Assembly: GCF_000027125.1 (NCBI RefSeq)
Contig: NC_017626.1
Length of the DNA stretch: 64,000 nucleotides
Strand: one strand, 5' to 3'
From: Escherichia coli 042
Lineage (GTDB): Bacteria; Pseudomonadota; Gammaproteobacteria; Enterobacterales; Enterobacteriaceae
The translations under genes and the position numbers were made by a program. Positions 1-11,151 of the stretch are shown piece by piece (within the stretch, counting starts at the first letter, position 1; every line of letters begins with the position of its first letter). Below the pieces are notes generated by a model. The model made no database searches, was not told the origin of the DNA, and saw only the letters and a list, made by a program, of their open reading frames with translations.

Positions 1-197
1 TTAGTTATACGTTTAGATATACGATTTCAAAACTCAATTAATCTACATCTTTAAAATCATGCAGTTACAGAATCAATTAAACTACTCTCGTGGCCAAAAA
101 TCCCCAAAAAAACCAACCGTAAAGGTTGGTTTTTTTATATCTGCATTTAATTCGATAAACAGACCGCGACACATCACGGCCTGTTTATTTTCTGTTA

Positions 198-2789
198 TCA
201 GAACGTCCAGACCACACCCGCCTGAGTATTCCACGGCGATTCTACCCCTGCGCCATTGCCATAACTGACAGACAAATGACCGCTTAACGTCGGGGTAAAC
301 GATGACCTTATCCCAGCCTGATAAACGCCACTGGTTCCAGCCACATCATTATTAAATTTGCCATCGTCATTAACTTTCACCTGGTTAGAATCGGCGTATT
401 CCTGACGCACGGCGGCTTTCAGCCAGGGTTCCAGCGTCGTACCGTTTTGCAGGTCCATGTGATAGCTTACCGCCGTTCCCGCTTCAGCCCGTAATATGCG
501 GGTATTTCCCACATCCGCGCGCATGCCGTTTGATAACGTGTAGTCCTGACCATCAGTGGTAAAGCCGGTAAAGGCCAGATAGGGTCTAACACTCCACAAT
601 CCGTCAACCCAACGGAACCCGCTCTCGACATGAGCACCCGCGCCGTTACTATTGTAATCGCCAAACGCTGTTGCCCCATTACTCATCTTGCCATGGATGG
701 TGTTGGCAAAACGGTCAACTTTCACCACTCCATCAACATAGGCACCGTTCTGATGCTCCCAACCGGCATAAGCCCCCAGGGTGTAGCTATCGATATTGCC
801 TTTGCCGCCGCGATCAAAACCAATATCAGAATGAGAGTAACCAAAGAACAAGCCGCGAATTGTGCTGCTTTCTTCACGGGAGAAACGGCTATCGATACCG
901 AGCGTCAGGCCCGTCAATGTTTGCTCAAAGCCAGCTCCCGCATCAGTGGTCACGTTGTTGCGGGTGTTAATTGCCGAACTCCACATCGCCGTATCGTAAT
1001 TAACGCCTTTTACGCTACCAAGACGCTCACGCACGGTGTCCAGTTCTGCATCAAATACCAGCGGTTGTGCTGCCGCCATATTCAGCACATCAGTGGTTGA
1101 AGGGGTAATTTGCGCGCGATTCTCTGCCAGACTCCAGCTATGGTTGCCATTATCCAGCAAGGTATATTCATACGTACCGATATCAACAACGCCTCCGGCA
1201 TTGCCCAACGTAAATGCAGCATCACCGCCGCCCGTTGTTACCAGTGTAAGGCTATCTCCTGCTGCCGGGCTGGCACCGGTGTCCGTCACGAATATTTTGA
1301 AATCACCTGTTGCCTGACCGGTGACGTTGAGCTGATCGCTCTGATGATTAGCCATATCGGTACGCATATAAAAATTGCCGTTTCCCGACAGGGTATTGGT
1401 GGTCAACGTAATGAAATTTTCCGCACTTGCCGTCACTGATGAACGAGTCACTGGCTCAGCCATCATAATCACATTTGCGCCGGACATCGCAAGGTTGGCT
1501 AAGTTGAGGCGAGTGTTTTGGTTCGTCGTACTGTTATCGGCAATGATGGTCCATGCGCTATTTTCGAGCGAAACATCCGCTTTGCTGGTATCCACGGCAC
1601 CATGCGTTCTAAAAGAAGCGCCCTCAGAAACCACGACCTTACCCACCAACATAGCGGGTGCATAATTTATTTGCGGCTTCATGACCTCAAGAATGCCATC
1701 ATTCCCTCTGACTGAAACGTTAACCATTGTGCCAGCCCAGACATTAGCGCGACCATTGTTGATAACCATATTTTCAGAGATGGCTTTAGAGGAATACGTT
1801 ATACTTCCATTCTGATCTGATCGACCGAGATCATATACCGCATTTGCCTGCACTCTCGTACCAGTATCCTTTCCCAGCGATTGCATAGTGGCATGCTCAT
1901 CAAGGATAGTATCAATGGCCTGCGTGTCCTCCATAACAATGAGCCCGGAACCATCATCCAGTTCATAATTTTTTGACACACCATCTTTTATACTAAATTG
2001 GCCTTTACTGTTTGTACCACTCACTTCCAGCGCATTCGTTGAGACAATTAATTGTCCGCCTGCTTTTTTATCAACGCCAGTTGCAGTCCCGCCATCCATA
2101 ACCTCCAGTAAGCCGCCACTATCCACAGTGGTATTATAAGCGAAGTCATTTTCTTCAACTCGCAAACTTCCGCCGTTTTCCAACAGCATATTATTAGCAA
2201 TACCATCCTTGATATCGAACTGACCGAGACGGTTTGTTCCGAATACCTCCATGGCCCGCGTGGTTGTTTTAATCGCACCGCCGGCTTTCTGATCTACCGC
2301 AAATGCTAATCCCCCCTCTTTAACCTCCAGTAATCCTCCCTTTTCGATAGCGGCAAAGACGGTAATCCCATCTTTTTCAATAATTAAGCGCCCGCCTTTA
2401 ATGGTGGTATCATTCGCTGCGCCATAAACCTGTAGCACACCATTATTAAGGGTAGTCTGGTTTGCCGCGCCACCCATTTGAACAATTTGATAACCGTCAT
2501 TTAATACTGAGTATTCTGCGGTGCCATTCATTTCAATGTACTGATACCCTCCGTTAATTTCAGTATTACTACTTACACCAAATTCTTTTATATGCTGTTC
2601 TCCGCCAGGATTGATTTTCGTATTATTGGCGGTCCCATAAACCAGCTGGATATCTTTTTCCAGGACAACACCATCAACTGTCTCACCATACTCAACAGTT
2701 GATGCCAATGCTATGGGTGAATATAACGCTGTAGCCACCAGAACAGATATTGCGGAACGACAAAGAGAAACAGAACCAGATTGATGCAT
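198..2789 (-). CDS. yejO: AIDA-like autotransporter adhesin, apparently intact
   Basis: 863-aa ORF with N-terminal signal peptide, Gly/Asn/Thr-rich repetitive passenger and C-terminal beta-barrel ending in aromatic residue (...VVWTF); position immediately upstream of narP. Confidence 0.8.
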   Translation of the reverse strand: MHQSGSVSLCRSAISVLVATALYSPIALASTVEYGETVDGVVLEKDIQLVYGTANNTKINPGGEQHIKEFGVSSNTEINGGYQYIEMNGTAEYSVLNDGYQIVQMGGAANQTTLNNGVLQVYGAANDTTIKGGRLIIEKDGITVFAAIEKGGLLEVKEGGLAFAVDQKAGGAIKTTTRAMEVFGTNRLGQFDIKDGIANNMLLENGGSLRVEENDFAYNTTVDSGGLLEVMDGGTATGVDKKAGGQLIVSTNALEVSGTNSKGQFSIKDGVSKNYELDDGSGLIVMEDTQAIDTILDEHATMQSLGKDTGTRVQANAVYDLGRSDQNGSITYSSKAISENMVINNGRANVWAGTMVNVSVRGNDGILEVMKPQINYAPAMLVGKVVVSEGASFRTHGAVDTSKADVSLENSAWTIIADNSTTNQNTRLNLANLAMSGANVIMMAEPVTRSSVTASAENFITLTTNTLSGNGNFYMRTDMANHQSDQLNVTGQATGDFKIFVTDTGASPAAGDSLTLVTTGGGDAAFTLGNAGGVVDIGTYEYTLLDNGNHSWSLAENRAQITPSTTDVLNMAAAQPLVFDAELDTVRERLGSVKGVNYDTAMWSSAINTRNNVTTDAGAGFEQTLTGLTLGIDSRFSREESSTIRGLFFGYSHSDIGFDRGGKGNIDSYTLGAYAGWEHQNGAYVDGVVKVDRFANTIHGKMSNGATAFGDYNSNGAGAHVESGFRWVDGLWSVRPYLAFTGFTTDGQDYTLSNGMRADVGNTRILRAEAGTAVSYHMDLQNGTTLEPWLKAAVRQEYADSNQVKVNDDGKFNNDVAGTSGVYQAGIRSSFTPTLSGHLSVSYGNGAGVESPWNTQAGVVWTF

Positions 2790-3108
2790 TGAGCTTTCAT
2801 CCTATGAAATTAATTGCTGTTAAAAGCATTGGGTAAAGAAAATACCCATAGCTCCATACCCGGAGTCAGTTTTTAAAAACTGTTTAAAGAAATGCACAAG
2901 TATTGTGATTGATTTTTTAGTTGTTTTTCTTGATGAGAAGCTGATGCAAAATTCCGTCTTTATAATGAAAATGATGCCAAAGCGAACGACAAGGTTGTAG
3001 TTTTCACTACATGTCCATACATAAAATGGGGTAACATTCACGCGCCTGGTAGCGTTACCAACGCTACGCTCAAACATAATGATTCTAATAAAACCTCAGG
3101 AGACTACT

Positions 3109-3756
3109 ATGCCTGAAGCAACGCCTTTTCAGGTGATGATTGTGGATGATCATCCACTTATGCGACGCGGTGTTCGTCAGTTACTGGAGCTTGATCCTGG
3201 CTTTGAAGTGGTCGCCGAAGCGGGCGACGGCGCGAGCGCGATCGATCTGGCGAATAGACTGGATATCGACGTGATCTTGCTGGATCTCAATATGAAAGGT
3301 ATGAGTGGCCTGGATACCCTCAATGCCTTGCGCAGGGATGGCGTTACCGCGCAAATTATTATCCTGACCGTATCAGATGCCTCCAGCGATGTCTTTGCGC
3401 TGATAGACGCAGGCGCAGACGGTTATCTGTTGAAAGATAGCGACCCGGAAGTGTTGCTGGAAGCGATTCGTGCCGGAGCGAAAGGCAGCAAAGTCTTTAG
3501 CGAACGCGTCAATCAGTACTTACGTGAACGTGAAATGTTTGGCGCGGAAGAAGATCCCTTCAGCGTGCTGACGGAGCGCGAGCTGGATGTTCTGCACGAG
3601 CTGGCACAGGGGCTGTCAAATAAACAGATTGCCTCGGTGTTGAATATTTCCGAGCAGACAGTAAAAGTACACATTCGCAATCTGCTGCGTAAACTCAATG
3701 TCCGCTCACGCGTGGCGGCCACCATTCTGTTCCTGCAACAACGCGGGGCACAATAA
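3109..3756 (+). CDS. narP: Nitrate/nitrite response regulator NarP
   Basis: Receiver domain (VMIVDDHPLMRRG) plus LuxR-type HTH; start placed at MPEATPFQ (215 aa) rather than upstream ATG of track ORF 3079. Confidence 0.9.
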   Translation: MPEATPFQVMIVDDHPLMRRGVRQLLELDPGFEVVAEAGDGASAIDLANRLDIDVILLDLNMKGMSGLDTLNALRRDGVTAQIIILTVSDASSDVFALIDAGADGYLLKDSDPEVLLEAIRAGAKGSKVFSERVNQYLREREMFGAEEDPFSVLTERELDVLHELAQGLSNKQIASVLNISEQTVKVHIRNLLRKLNVRSRVAATILFLQQRGAQ

Positions 3757-3761
3757 AAATA

Positions 3762-3792
3762 GCCCGATGGCATCACCATCGGGCCTCTTTTT
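3762..3792. terminator. Bidirectional rho-independent terminator between convergent narP and ccmH
   Basis: GC hairpin gcccgatggcatcaccatcgggc flanked by A-run upstream and T-run downstream. Confidence 0.6.
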
Positions 3793-4843
3793 ATTTACTC
3801 TCCTGCGGCGACAAATGTTGCATCGCCTGCGCGATACTACGTTCAATCACCGCACGGCGAGTATCGTTGGCAGGTAAGAGTTTCAACATCATCTCCCACG
3901 CGGCAACGGCTTCGCCAAATCGCTGCTGCTCAAAGGCATTAAACGCATACATGCTTAACACACGGATATTGCTGTGGTCAGTTCTCACCAACTGGCGTAG
4001 CAGTTCACCACCGAGGCGGTTGTCGTTGGGATCAGATGAACGTGTCAACGCTTCAGCGTATCCCAGTGCAGCATCACTGTTCTTCGGATCGAGGCGATAT
4101 GCAGTAGCGTATGCATCGGTGGCAATACTGGCGTTACCCAGCGCCATGCCAACGCGGCCCAACATAATCCAGCCTTCTATATCTCCCGGATTTTTTTGCA
4201 GTTGAGTACGCATCCCCAGCGCCAGGCGCGACATCTCTTCTTCGTTGAGCGGATCGGCTTTCGGATCCAGCGCCCTGTCCAGCAACGCCGGAGCCTGTGC
4301 CGTGGCTTGCTGCCAGATTTTCACCTGCTGATAATTGCCAGTATGGTAGTAGCTGACGCCAGCTACAATTAACGCCACCACAATACCCGGCAGATAAACA
4401 ATATATCCGGCACGCTTACCTTCCGGCACGCTTTGTTCAGGAAACGCGTCCGGCACCACGCGTACCCGACGCCGCGAACGGGCGTATATGACCCAACCGC
4501 CAATGCCAATAGCCACTACCGGAAGCACCCACAGCAGCACGGTCAGCGGCGTTAACGGCGGATCGTAAGTGACGAAGTTGCCGTAACGCGCCACCATATA
4601 ATCGACAATCTCTTTCTTACTTTTACCTTCCTGCATCAGTTCATACACTTTCTGGCGCAGGTCGGTGGCAATCATCGAGTTGGAATCGGCAATGCTGTTG
4701 TTCTGGCATTTCGGGCAGCGTAGTTCTTCAGTGAGTTGCCGGAACTGCTGCTCCTGCGCTTCATCCTTAAACTGCAACACGTCGATGGTCGCCAGCGCTG
4801 AGCCGGAGATCATCAGCATCAGCACGCCCAATAAAAACCTCAT
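3791..4843 (-). CDS. ccmH: Cytochrome c-type biogenesis protein CcmH
   Basis: 350 aa, LRCPKC motif, TPR-like C-terminal half; last gene of ccm cluster. Confidence 0.9.
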   Translation of the reverse strand: MRFLLGVLMLMISGSALATIDVLQFKDEAQEQQFRQLTEELRCPKCQNNSIADSNSMIATDLRQKVYELMQEGKSKKEIVDYMVARYGNFVTYDPPLTPLTVLLWVLPVVAIGIGGWVIYARSRRRVRVVPDAFPEQSVPEGKRAGYIVYLPGIVVALIVAGVSYYHTGNYQQVKIWQQATAQAPALLDRALDPKADPLNEEEMSRLALGMRTQLQKNPGDIEGWIMLGRVGMALGNASIATDAYATAYRLDPKNSDAALGYAEALTRSSDPNDNRLGGELLRQLVRTDHSNIRVLSMYAFNAFEQQRFGEAVAAWEMMLKLLPANDTRRAVIERSIAQAMQHLSPQESK

Positions 4844-5397
4844 TGTGCGGCCTCCTTACTGTATTTCTCCCACAGCGGCTTGATCTCTTCTTCCCAGACG
4901 CGAGGATTGAGATCGCCCGCATGGCGATAGCGAATGATGCCGTTGCCGTCGATGAGGAACGTTTCTGGCGCGCCATAGACACCGAGATCCAGTCCTAACA
5001 TGCCGTCGCCATCAAACAGGCTTAGTGCGTAAGGATTGCCCAGCTCTTTCAGCCAGCTGATTGCCTTCTGGCGATCGTCTTTATAGTTCATGCCGACCAC
5101 GCGGATGCCCTGCGCAGAAAGCTGATTCAGATATTGATGTTCCGCACGGCAGGTCGGACACCAGGTCGCCCAGACGTTAAGCAGCACTGGTTTGCCCTGA
5201 GTCAGCACATCCGCCTGATAAAACTGCCCCGGATTGTCCAGTGATTCGAGGCGAAACTTCGGCACTGGCTTGCCAATGAGCGCCGATTCCAGATTGGTCG
5301 GATCATCCCCTTCGGCATTACGCGCCAGCTGCCACAGCAGCGCCGCGGCAATCGCCAGGAAGATAATCAACGGAATTAACAATACTTTGCGCTTCAT
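4840..5397 (-). CDS. ccmG: Thiol:disulfide interchange protein CcmG/DsbE
   Basis: 185 aa thioredoxin fold with WCPTC active site; 4-nt overlap with ccmH. Confidence 0.9.
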   Translation of the reverse strand: MKRKVLLIPLIIFLAIAAALLWQLARNAEGDDPTNLESALIGKPVPKFRLESLDNPGQFYQADVLTQGKPVLLNVWATWCPTCRAEHQYLNQLSAQGIRVVGMNYKDDRQKAISWLKELGNPYALSLFDGDGMLGLDLGVYGAPETFLIDGNGIIRYRHAGDLNPRVWEEEIKPLWEKYSKEAAQ

Positions 5398-7337
5398 ACA
5401 GCCTCCGGCGCAGTTTTCTGCGGGTTCACGCGCTTACGATAGCGAGGATCAAACAAACACAGCAGTCCGCCCAACGCCATCATCAGCCCGCCCGCCCAAA
5501 TCCAGCGAACAAACGGTTTGTAGTAAAGACGCACGGCCCACGCGCCGTTTTCCAGCTCTTCACCGAGCGCGGCGTACAGGTCACGCGTGATGCCACCGTC
5601 AATCGCCGCTTCGGTCATCATCGACCCGGCAGTGTTGTAATAACGTTTTTCCGCATACAGCACCGTTTCCGGTTTACCCTCTCGCGTTACGCCAATAGTC
5701 GCCACACCGCCGCGCCAGTTCGGGCCAGTCACCTCTTTGACATCACGGAAGGTGAAGCGATATTCATGAATATCGACGCTATCGCCGGACTTCATGCGCA
5801 CATCACGCTCAACGCTATAATTCTGGCTAAAGGCAATGCCAACAATTGTCACTGCCAGCCCCAGGTGAGCCGCCACCATCCCCCAATAACTGAAGGTGGT
5901 TTTCGTGCCGCGTGAAATACGCAGCGCAGCTTCCGCAATTGCCAGTACCGCAATCCAGCAGGCCATTGCCAGGCCGAGTACCGTCATCGCCACAACTTTG
6001 CTTTCGAACAGCCACGGCAACAGCAGAGACAGCACCAGCGTAGAGATGAAGGCGATAATCAATAAATTGCGGATTTTACGTGGGCGATCGCGCCCCCAGC
6101 GCACCAGAGGACCGACACCAAGCAGCAGCGCAAACGGCACCATCAGCCAGGTAAACATGGTGTTGAAGAACGGTTCGCCAATCGAAATGCTGCCCAGTCC
6201 CAGTTGCTTGTGCACCAGCGGCAGCAGCGTCCCCAGTAATACCACCAGCATCGCGGCGACCAGCAAAACGTTGTTCGCTAACAGCAAAGATTCCCGCGAC
6301 CACAGCGCATTGTTTACGCGTGAGCGAACTTTGTGTCCACGCGCGGCAAACAGCAGCAGCGAACCGCCAATCACCAGCACCATAAAGGCGAGGATAAACA
6401 TGCCGCGCGCCGGATCAGAGGCAAACGCGTGTACCGATACCAGCACGCCGGAACGCACGAGGAAAGTCCCCAGCAGACACAACGAGAAGGCACTGATTGC
6501 CAGCAGTAATGTCCACGCTTTGAAGCTGGCGCGTTGTTCAGTGACCGCCAGTGAGTGCATCAGCGCAGTCCCCACCAGCCACGGCATAAACGAGGCGTTT
6601 TCTACCGGATCCCAGAACCACCAGCCACCCCAGCCGAGTTCGTAATAGGCCCATGCGGAACCGAGCACAATGCCGAGCGTCAGGAAGATCCACGCTGCCA
6701 GTGTCCACGGACGAGTAAAACGCGCATAAGTGCTGTCCAGACGCCCGCTCAGCAAAGAAGCAATGGCAAAAGCAAACGCCACCGAGAAACCGACATACCC
6801 CATATAAAGCAGAGGCGGATGAAAGATCAGCCCCGGATCCTGCAACAGGGGGTTAAGATCGCGCCCTTCAATCGGGAAGTTCGGCAACGTGCGTGAGAAC
6901 GGGTTAGAGGTAAAGAGAATGAACAGCAAAAAGCCGACGCTGACCATCCCCATTATCGCCAGTACGCGGGCCACAATATCCAGCGGAATACGCTGACTAA
7001 AAATCGCCACCGCAAAGGTCCAGCCGCTCATCAGCAGCACCCACAGCAGAAGCGAACCTTCATGCGCGCCCCAGGTAGCCGCCACGCGATACCACACCGG
7101 AAGCTGGGTATTGGAGTTGCTGGCAACATAGGTGACGGTAAAGTCGTTGACCACGAAGGCATTGACCAGTACCAGAAATGCGCCAGCCACAGACATAAAC
7201 AGCAGCCAGGCAAACAAGCGGGAAGACGCCATCATGCGCGCATCTCCGCGCGCTACGCCCCATAGCGGATACACGGACAGCAGCAGCGCAACTCCTAGCG
7301 CCAGACACAGCAGTCCGTTACCAATTTCCGGCATCAT
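5394..7337 (-). CDS. ccmF: Cytochrome c heme lyase subunit CcmF
   Basis: 647 aa polytopic membrane protein with WWD-type tryptophan-rich motif ([15 protein letters not shown]). Confidence 0.9.
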   Translation of the reverse strand: MMPEIGNGLLCLALGVALLLSVYPLWGVARGDARMMASSRLFAWLLFMSVAGAFLVLVNAFVVNDFTVTYVASNSNTQLPVWYRVAATWGAHEGSLLLWVLLMSGWTFAVAIFSQRIPLDIVARVLAIMGMVSVGFLLFILFTSNPFSRTLPNFPIEGRDLNPLLQDPGLIFHPPLLYMGYVGFSVAFAFAIASLLSGRLDSTYARFTRPWTLAAWIFLTLGIVLGSAWAYYELGWGGWWFWDPVENASFMPWLVGTALMHSLAVTEQRASFKAWTLLLAISAFSLCLLGTFLVRSGVLVSVHAFASDPARGMFILAFMVLVIGGSLLLFAARGHKVRSRVNNALWSRESLLLANNVLLVAAMLVVLLGTLLPLVHKQLGLGSISIGEPFFNTMFTWLMVPFALLLGVGPLVRWGRDRPRKIRNLLIIAFISTLVLSLLLPWLFESKVVAMTVLGLAMACWIAVLAIAEAALRISRGTKTTFSYWGMVAAHLGLAVTIVGIAFSQNYSVERDVRMKSGDSVDIHEYRFTFRDVKEVTGPNWRGGVATIGVTREGKPETVLYAEKRYYNTAGSMMTEAAIDGGITRDLYAALGEELENGAWAVRLYYKPFVRWIWAGGLMMALGGLLCLFDPRYRKRVNPQKTAPEAV

Positions 7338-7813
7338 GATGCTGTGTCCTTATAAACACTCGCCGGGCGACGGTGATTGGCTTCCATCGCTTTCTCAACT
7401 TCTGGCGGCGTGTAGTTTTCATCGTGTTTCGCCAGCACTTCTTTCGCGAGGATATGATTGCCTTTTTCCAGTTCACCCTGCACCACAACGCCCTGCCCTT
7501 CACGGAACAGATCCGGCAAAATGCCTTCGTAAGAGACATCTACTGAACCTTCAGCGTCGTAAATGGTGAAAGTTACTTTTAGCGAATTGGGATCGCGCTG
7601 CACACTACCCGGCATCACCATCCCGCCAACGCGCAGACGCTGACCGACTTCCGGCATTTGCTGAGTTTCACGCTTGCCGTAGAGAATTTCCCCCGGCGTA
7701 TAAAAGAGATCGATATTCGAGCGCAGTGCATATAGCACCAGACCGATAGTCAGCGCCAGCCCCGCCAAAACGGCACAGGCAATCCACAAGCGGTTTTTAC
7801 GGCGAATATTCAT
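7334..7813 (-). CDS. ccmE: Heme chaperone CcmE
   Basis: 159 aa, N-terminal membrane anchor, conserved heme-binding region near C-terminus. Confidence 0.9.
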   Translation of the reverse strand: MNIRRKNRLWIACAVLAGLALTIGLVLYALRSNIDLFYTPGEILYGKRETQQMPEVGQRLRVGGMVMPGSVQRDPNSLKVTFTIYDAEGSVDVSYEGILPDLFREGQGVVVQGELEKGNHILAKEVLAKHDENYTPPEVEKAMEANHRRPASVYKDTAS

Positions 7814-8019
7814 GCAGCCTCCTGCTGTTGCGCAGCACGTAAACGCGCCTCACGCGCCCGCTGTTGCGCCACGCCACGCAGAATTGCGCGATGCTGCATC
7901 ACCGAGTGCACGACCAAAACCACCAGCGGAATAACGGTCATCACCACCGCCAGCCAGACAAAAAAGGCGTAACCGCCCATTGCGAAAAATTCATTCCAGG
8001 AAGCAAATGCAGGGGTCAT
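7810..8019 (-). CDS. ccmD: Heme exporter protein CcmD
   Basis: 69-aa single-TM protein, overlapping ccmC stop and ccmE start. Confidence 0.85.
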   Translation of the reverse strand: MTPAFASWNEFFAMGGYAFFVWLAVVMTVIPLVVLVVHSVMQHRAILRGVAQQRAREARLRAAQQQEAA

Positions 8020-8753
8020 TTACGGCCTCTTTTCAGTATCAGTTCACTCACCCACGGACGGCGTTTTTCCATCAGCAAAATCAAATTACGCATCCGCATC
8101 AGCGTCAGCGTGGCAGACAGCAGCAGGAAGCCAAAAATCGACCAGCGCAGCGGCGAACGCATCGCCGGATCGATACTTTGCTGCATCCGCGTTGATCCCT
8201 GATGCAGGGTGTTCCACCACTCCACGGAGTAATGAATAATCGGCAGATTCACCACGCCAATCAGCACCAGAATACCTGCCGCACGGCCCGCCAGACGGCG
8301 GTCGTCGAAGGCGTGCCACAGGGCAATTACACCAACATACAGAAACAGCAGCACCAGTTCAGAAGTCAGGCGTGCGTCCCATACCCACCAGGTGCCCCAC
8401 ATCGGTTTTCCCCATGCAGAGCCGGTAACCAGGGCAATAAAGGTAAACACGGCACCAATGGGGGCCATCGCCGCCACCGCCAGGTTGGCCATTTTCATCT
8501 GCCAGACAAGGCCAATAAACGCCGCCACCGCCATTGATGCATAAATGCCCATCGACCAGATCGCCGCAGGCACATGCAGGTAGATAATGCGGTAGCTATT
8601 TCCCTGCTGATAATCAGCCGGAGCAAAGCCGAATCCCCAGATCCAGCCGACGGTAAGCACGACCACACTGGCAATTGCCAGCCACGGTATAAACCAGCCA
8701 CAGATTTGATACAGCCGTGGTGGGATCGCCAGTTGATGCAGTGTTTTCCACAT
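8016..8753 (-). CDS. ccmC: Heme exporter protein CcmC
   Basis: Membrane protein with WGTWWVWDARLT tryptophan-rich motif; start set at MWKTLHQ (245 aa) inside track ORF 8016..8777. Confidence 0.85.
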   Translation of the reverse strand: MWKTLHQLAIPPRLYQICGWFIPWLAIASVVVLTVGWIWGFGFAPADYQQGNSYRIIYLHVPAAIWSMGIYASMAVAAFIGLVWQMKMANLAVAAMAPIGAVFTFIALVTGSAWGKPMWGTWWVWDARLTSELVLLFLYVGVIALWHAFDDRRLAGRAAGILVLIGVVNLPIIHYSVEWWNTLHQGSTRMQQSIDPAMRSPLRWSIFGFLLLSATLTLMRMRNLILLMEKRRPWVSELILKRGRK

Positions 8754-8794
8754 AGTTTCGATACCAGACTCGAACAAAAATCAGTAATCCAGCG

Positions 8795-9457
8795 TTATTG
8801 AATGCTGATTCGTAACGCTGCCGCCGTCGCAAAAGGACTTAATGTCGCGGTGCCTGCCAGCAACGCGCCTAAAATTGCCAGATACCCATCAACGGGCAAA
8901 TGCATAGAAGCCGCGTCCATCGCGGCGGTGGCAAAGATGAGTAATGGGATAGTCAGCGGTAATACGAGAATGCTGAGCAGCACACCACCGCGCTTAAGTC
9001 CCACTGTCAGCGCCACGCCCGGTGCACCGAGAAAGCCAAGCGTAGGCGTTCCCAGCAGCAGCGTTAACGCCATCACTTGCCAGCCATAAACATCCATTCC
9101 CAGTAGCATTGCTACCAGGGGCGAAAGGATGAGTAACGGCAGACCGGTTACCATCCAGTGCGCCATCACCTTCGCCAGCACAACGGCGGGCAAGGGTAAC
9201 GGCAACAACATCAATTGTTCAAGACTGCCGTCCTGCAAATCGTCACGGAACAGACGCTCCAGTGCCAGCAAGGATGAAAGCAGCGCAGCAACCCAGATAA
9301 TGCCCGGCGCAATACGCGCCAGCAGTTGCGGCTCCGGACCGATACTGAGCGGAAAAAGGGTAATGACAATCAGGAAGAACCACAGCGGGTTGGCGATTTC
9401 GGCGCTATGGCGAAACGCTACGCGCAGCTCAAGACGGAAAATGCGCCAGAACATCAT
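8795..9457 (-). CDS. ccmB: Heme exporter permease CcmB
   Basis: 220 aa, six predicted TM segments, position between ccmA and ccmC. Confidence 0.9.
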
Positions 9458-10077
9458 GCGGCCCTCGTTTGCGTCAGTGAAATGCGGCGAATTTTACTTT
9501 CAGCAACGTTGAGCGGCTGGTGGGTAGTCAGAATCACAATCCCCCCCTGCTCCGTATGCTGCGCCATACGCTGGGTCAGACGATCGACGCCGTTAACGTC
9601 AATCGCGGTAAAAGGCTCGTCGAGGATCCATAACGTGGCACGGGTTAGCCACAGACGCGCTAAAGCGACGCGGCGTTGTTGCCCGGCAGAAAGTTGATTT
9701 ACCGGAATATCTTCGAATCCGGCAAGCCCGGCCTGCGCCAGGGCTTCCAGACATTGTGCGGTATCGCCATCGCGATGATAAAAGTGCAGATTTTCTAACG
9801 CCGTCAGCCGGGTTTTGATCCCCGGCTGATGGCCTATCCATAACAGGTTTTGATGGTAGCTGTCGCGTACCTGATGCAAGGGCTGCCCTTGCCAGAGAAC
9901 GTCACCCGCATCAGGGCGAGACAACCCCGTCAGCAAACGGAGAAGCGTTGTCTTCCCCGCGCCGTTGCTACCGGTGATTTGTACCCACTCTCCTGCGTTC
10001 AGCGTAAATGACAAGCCACTAAATAAGGTTCGTTCATCCCGCTCGCAAAGTAACTCTCTGGCTTCAAGCATACCCAC
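9454..10077 (-). CDS. ccmA: Heme exporter ATP-binding protein CcmA
   Basis: ABC ATPase with Walker [10 protein letters not shown] and signature LSAGQQRR. Confidence 0.9.
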   Translation of the reverse strand: MGMLEARELLCERDERTLFSGLSFTLNAGEWVQITGSNGAGKTTLLRLLTGLSRPDAGDVLWQGQPLHQVRDSYHQNLLWIGHQPGIKTRLTALENLHFYHRDGDTAQCLEALAQAGLAGFEDIPVNQLSAGQQRRVALARLWLTRATLWILDEPFTAIDVNGVDRLTQRMAQHTEQGGIVILTTHQPLNVAESKIRRISLTQTRAA

Positions 10078-10089
10078 GCAATAACCCTG

Positions 10090-10692
10090 TTAAAAACCTG
10101 GCTCGACTTCGCGCATATCGGGCAGCTTGTGCGCTATCCCTTTATGGCAATCAATACAGGTTTGCCCATCTTTCACCGCCTGGTCATGCATCTTCGCGGC
10201 AACCGATTTCTGGGCGGTTGTATCCATATACTCGAAGTTGTGACAGTTACGGCACTCCTGCGAGTTATTGTCCTTCATGCGCCGCCACTCATTCTGTGCC
10301 ATCGTCAGGCGATGAGCTTCAAATTTCTGCGGCGTGTCAATAACGCCAAAAATTTTACCATACAGCTCTTTACTTGCTTTGAGCTTGCGTATCATCTTCG
10401 GCACAAACTCGTGCGGAACGTGACAATCCGGACAGGTCGCACGAACGCCGCTACGGTTGTTGTAGTGCACGGAATCCATGTATTCCTGATACACCGTGTT
10501 ACGCATTTCGTGGCAGCTAATGCAGAACTCTTCGGTATTGGCTTTTTCCATCCCGGTGTTAAAGCCGCCCCAGAAGACGATGCCGCCAACAAAGCCGATC
10601 AACAGCAGCGTCCCCAGCGCCAGACGGCTGGGAGTACGCCACCATTTCCACAGGCGCTTAATCAGACCAGGCTTACGGTCAGAATTTCCCAT
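10090..10692 (-). CDS. napC: Tetraheme c-type cytochrome NapC
   Basis: 200 aa with four CxxCH motifs (CISCH, CPDCH, CRNCH, CIDCH) and N-terminal membrane anchor. Confidence 0.9.
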   Translation of the reverse strand: MGNSDRKPGLIKRLWKWWRTPSRLALGTLLLIGFVGGIVFWGGFNTGMEKANTEEFCISCHEMRNTVYQEYMDSVHYNNRSGVRATCPDCHVPHEFVPKMIRKLKASKELYGKIFGVIDTPQKFEAHRLTMAQNEWRRMKDNNSQECRNCHNFEYMDTTAQKSVAAKMHDQAVKDGQTCIDCHKGIAHKLPDMREVEPGF

Positions 10693-10701
10693 AATAACCT
10701 C

Positions 10702-11151
10702 TTATTTCCCGTAACCTTTTGACGGGGTAAAGGTATTCCCCACGATTGGCGCGGTATCGGCCTGCGGTACGTGACATTGCAGACAGAAATAACGACGCGG
10801 AGCCACTTCCGCGCCCACTTTGCCGTCGCTGTCCATAAAGTGAGTAGGACTGATGCGCGGCGCGCCAGTGGTGCGATAGCTTTCGACACCGTGGCACTGC
10901 AAGCAGCGGTTGGTATTGGTCGTTACCTGATAACCTTCAACGCTATGCGGGATCATTGGCGGCTGATTCACATAGTTCAGCGGCATCCGTTCCTGCTCTT
11001 TTGGCATCCGAATGGCCCCTTCCTGCGTCCCGGATACTTCCGGCGACTGGCTAAAATCGACGCCATTAGCCGCCCAAACCGCGCCGCTCACCACCAGGGC
11101 CAGCATCGCCGTCCATTGACACAGCGCTTTCTTCAGGTCATGGCTTTTCAT
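10702..11151 (-). CDS. napB: Diheme cytochrome c NapB
   Basis: Two CLQCH heme motifs, signal peptide; start set at MKSHDLKK (149 aa) giving 4-nt overlap with napH. Confidence 0.85.
   Translation of the reverse strand: MKSHDLKKALCQWTAMLALVVSGAVWAANGVDFSQSPEVSGTQEGAIRMPKEQERMPLNYVNQPPMIPHSVEGYQVTTNTNRCLQCHGVESYRTTGAPRISPTHFMDSDGKVGAEVAPRRYFCLQCHVPQADTAPIVGNTFTPSKGYGK

Noticed and set aside
1-197. tRNA-Pro gene expected near yejO
   Set aside because: No cloverleaf-compatible sequence or the known proL sequence is present in 1..197; the tRNA, if present, lies outside the window
59-268. 69-aa ORF at window start
   Set aside because: Overlaps the yejO 3' end and the hairpin terminator; no ribosome-binding site context and implausible composition
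3079-3108. Upstream in-frame start codons for narP, and similarly for rcsB (28003), ubiG (51390), eco (16317), ccmC (8777), napB (11172), atoS (31902)
   Set aside because: Conserved N-termini of these well-known proteins begin at the internal Met; the longer versions would overlap neighbouring genes or lack sensible spacing
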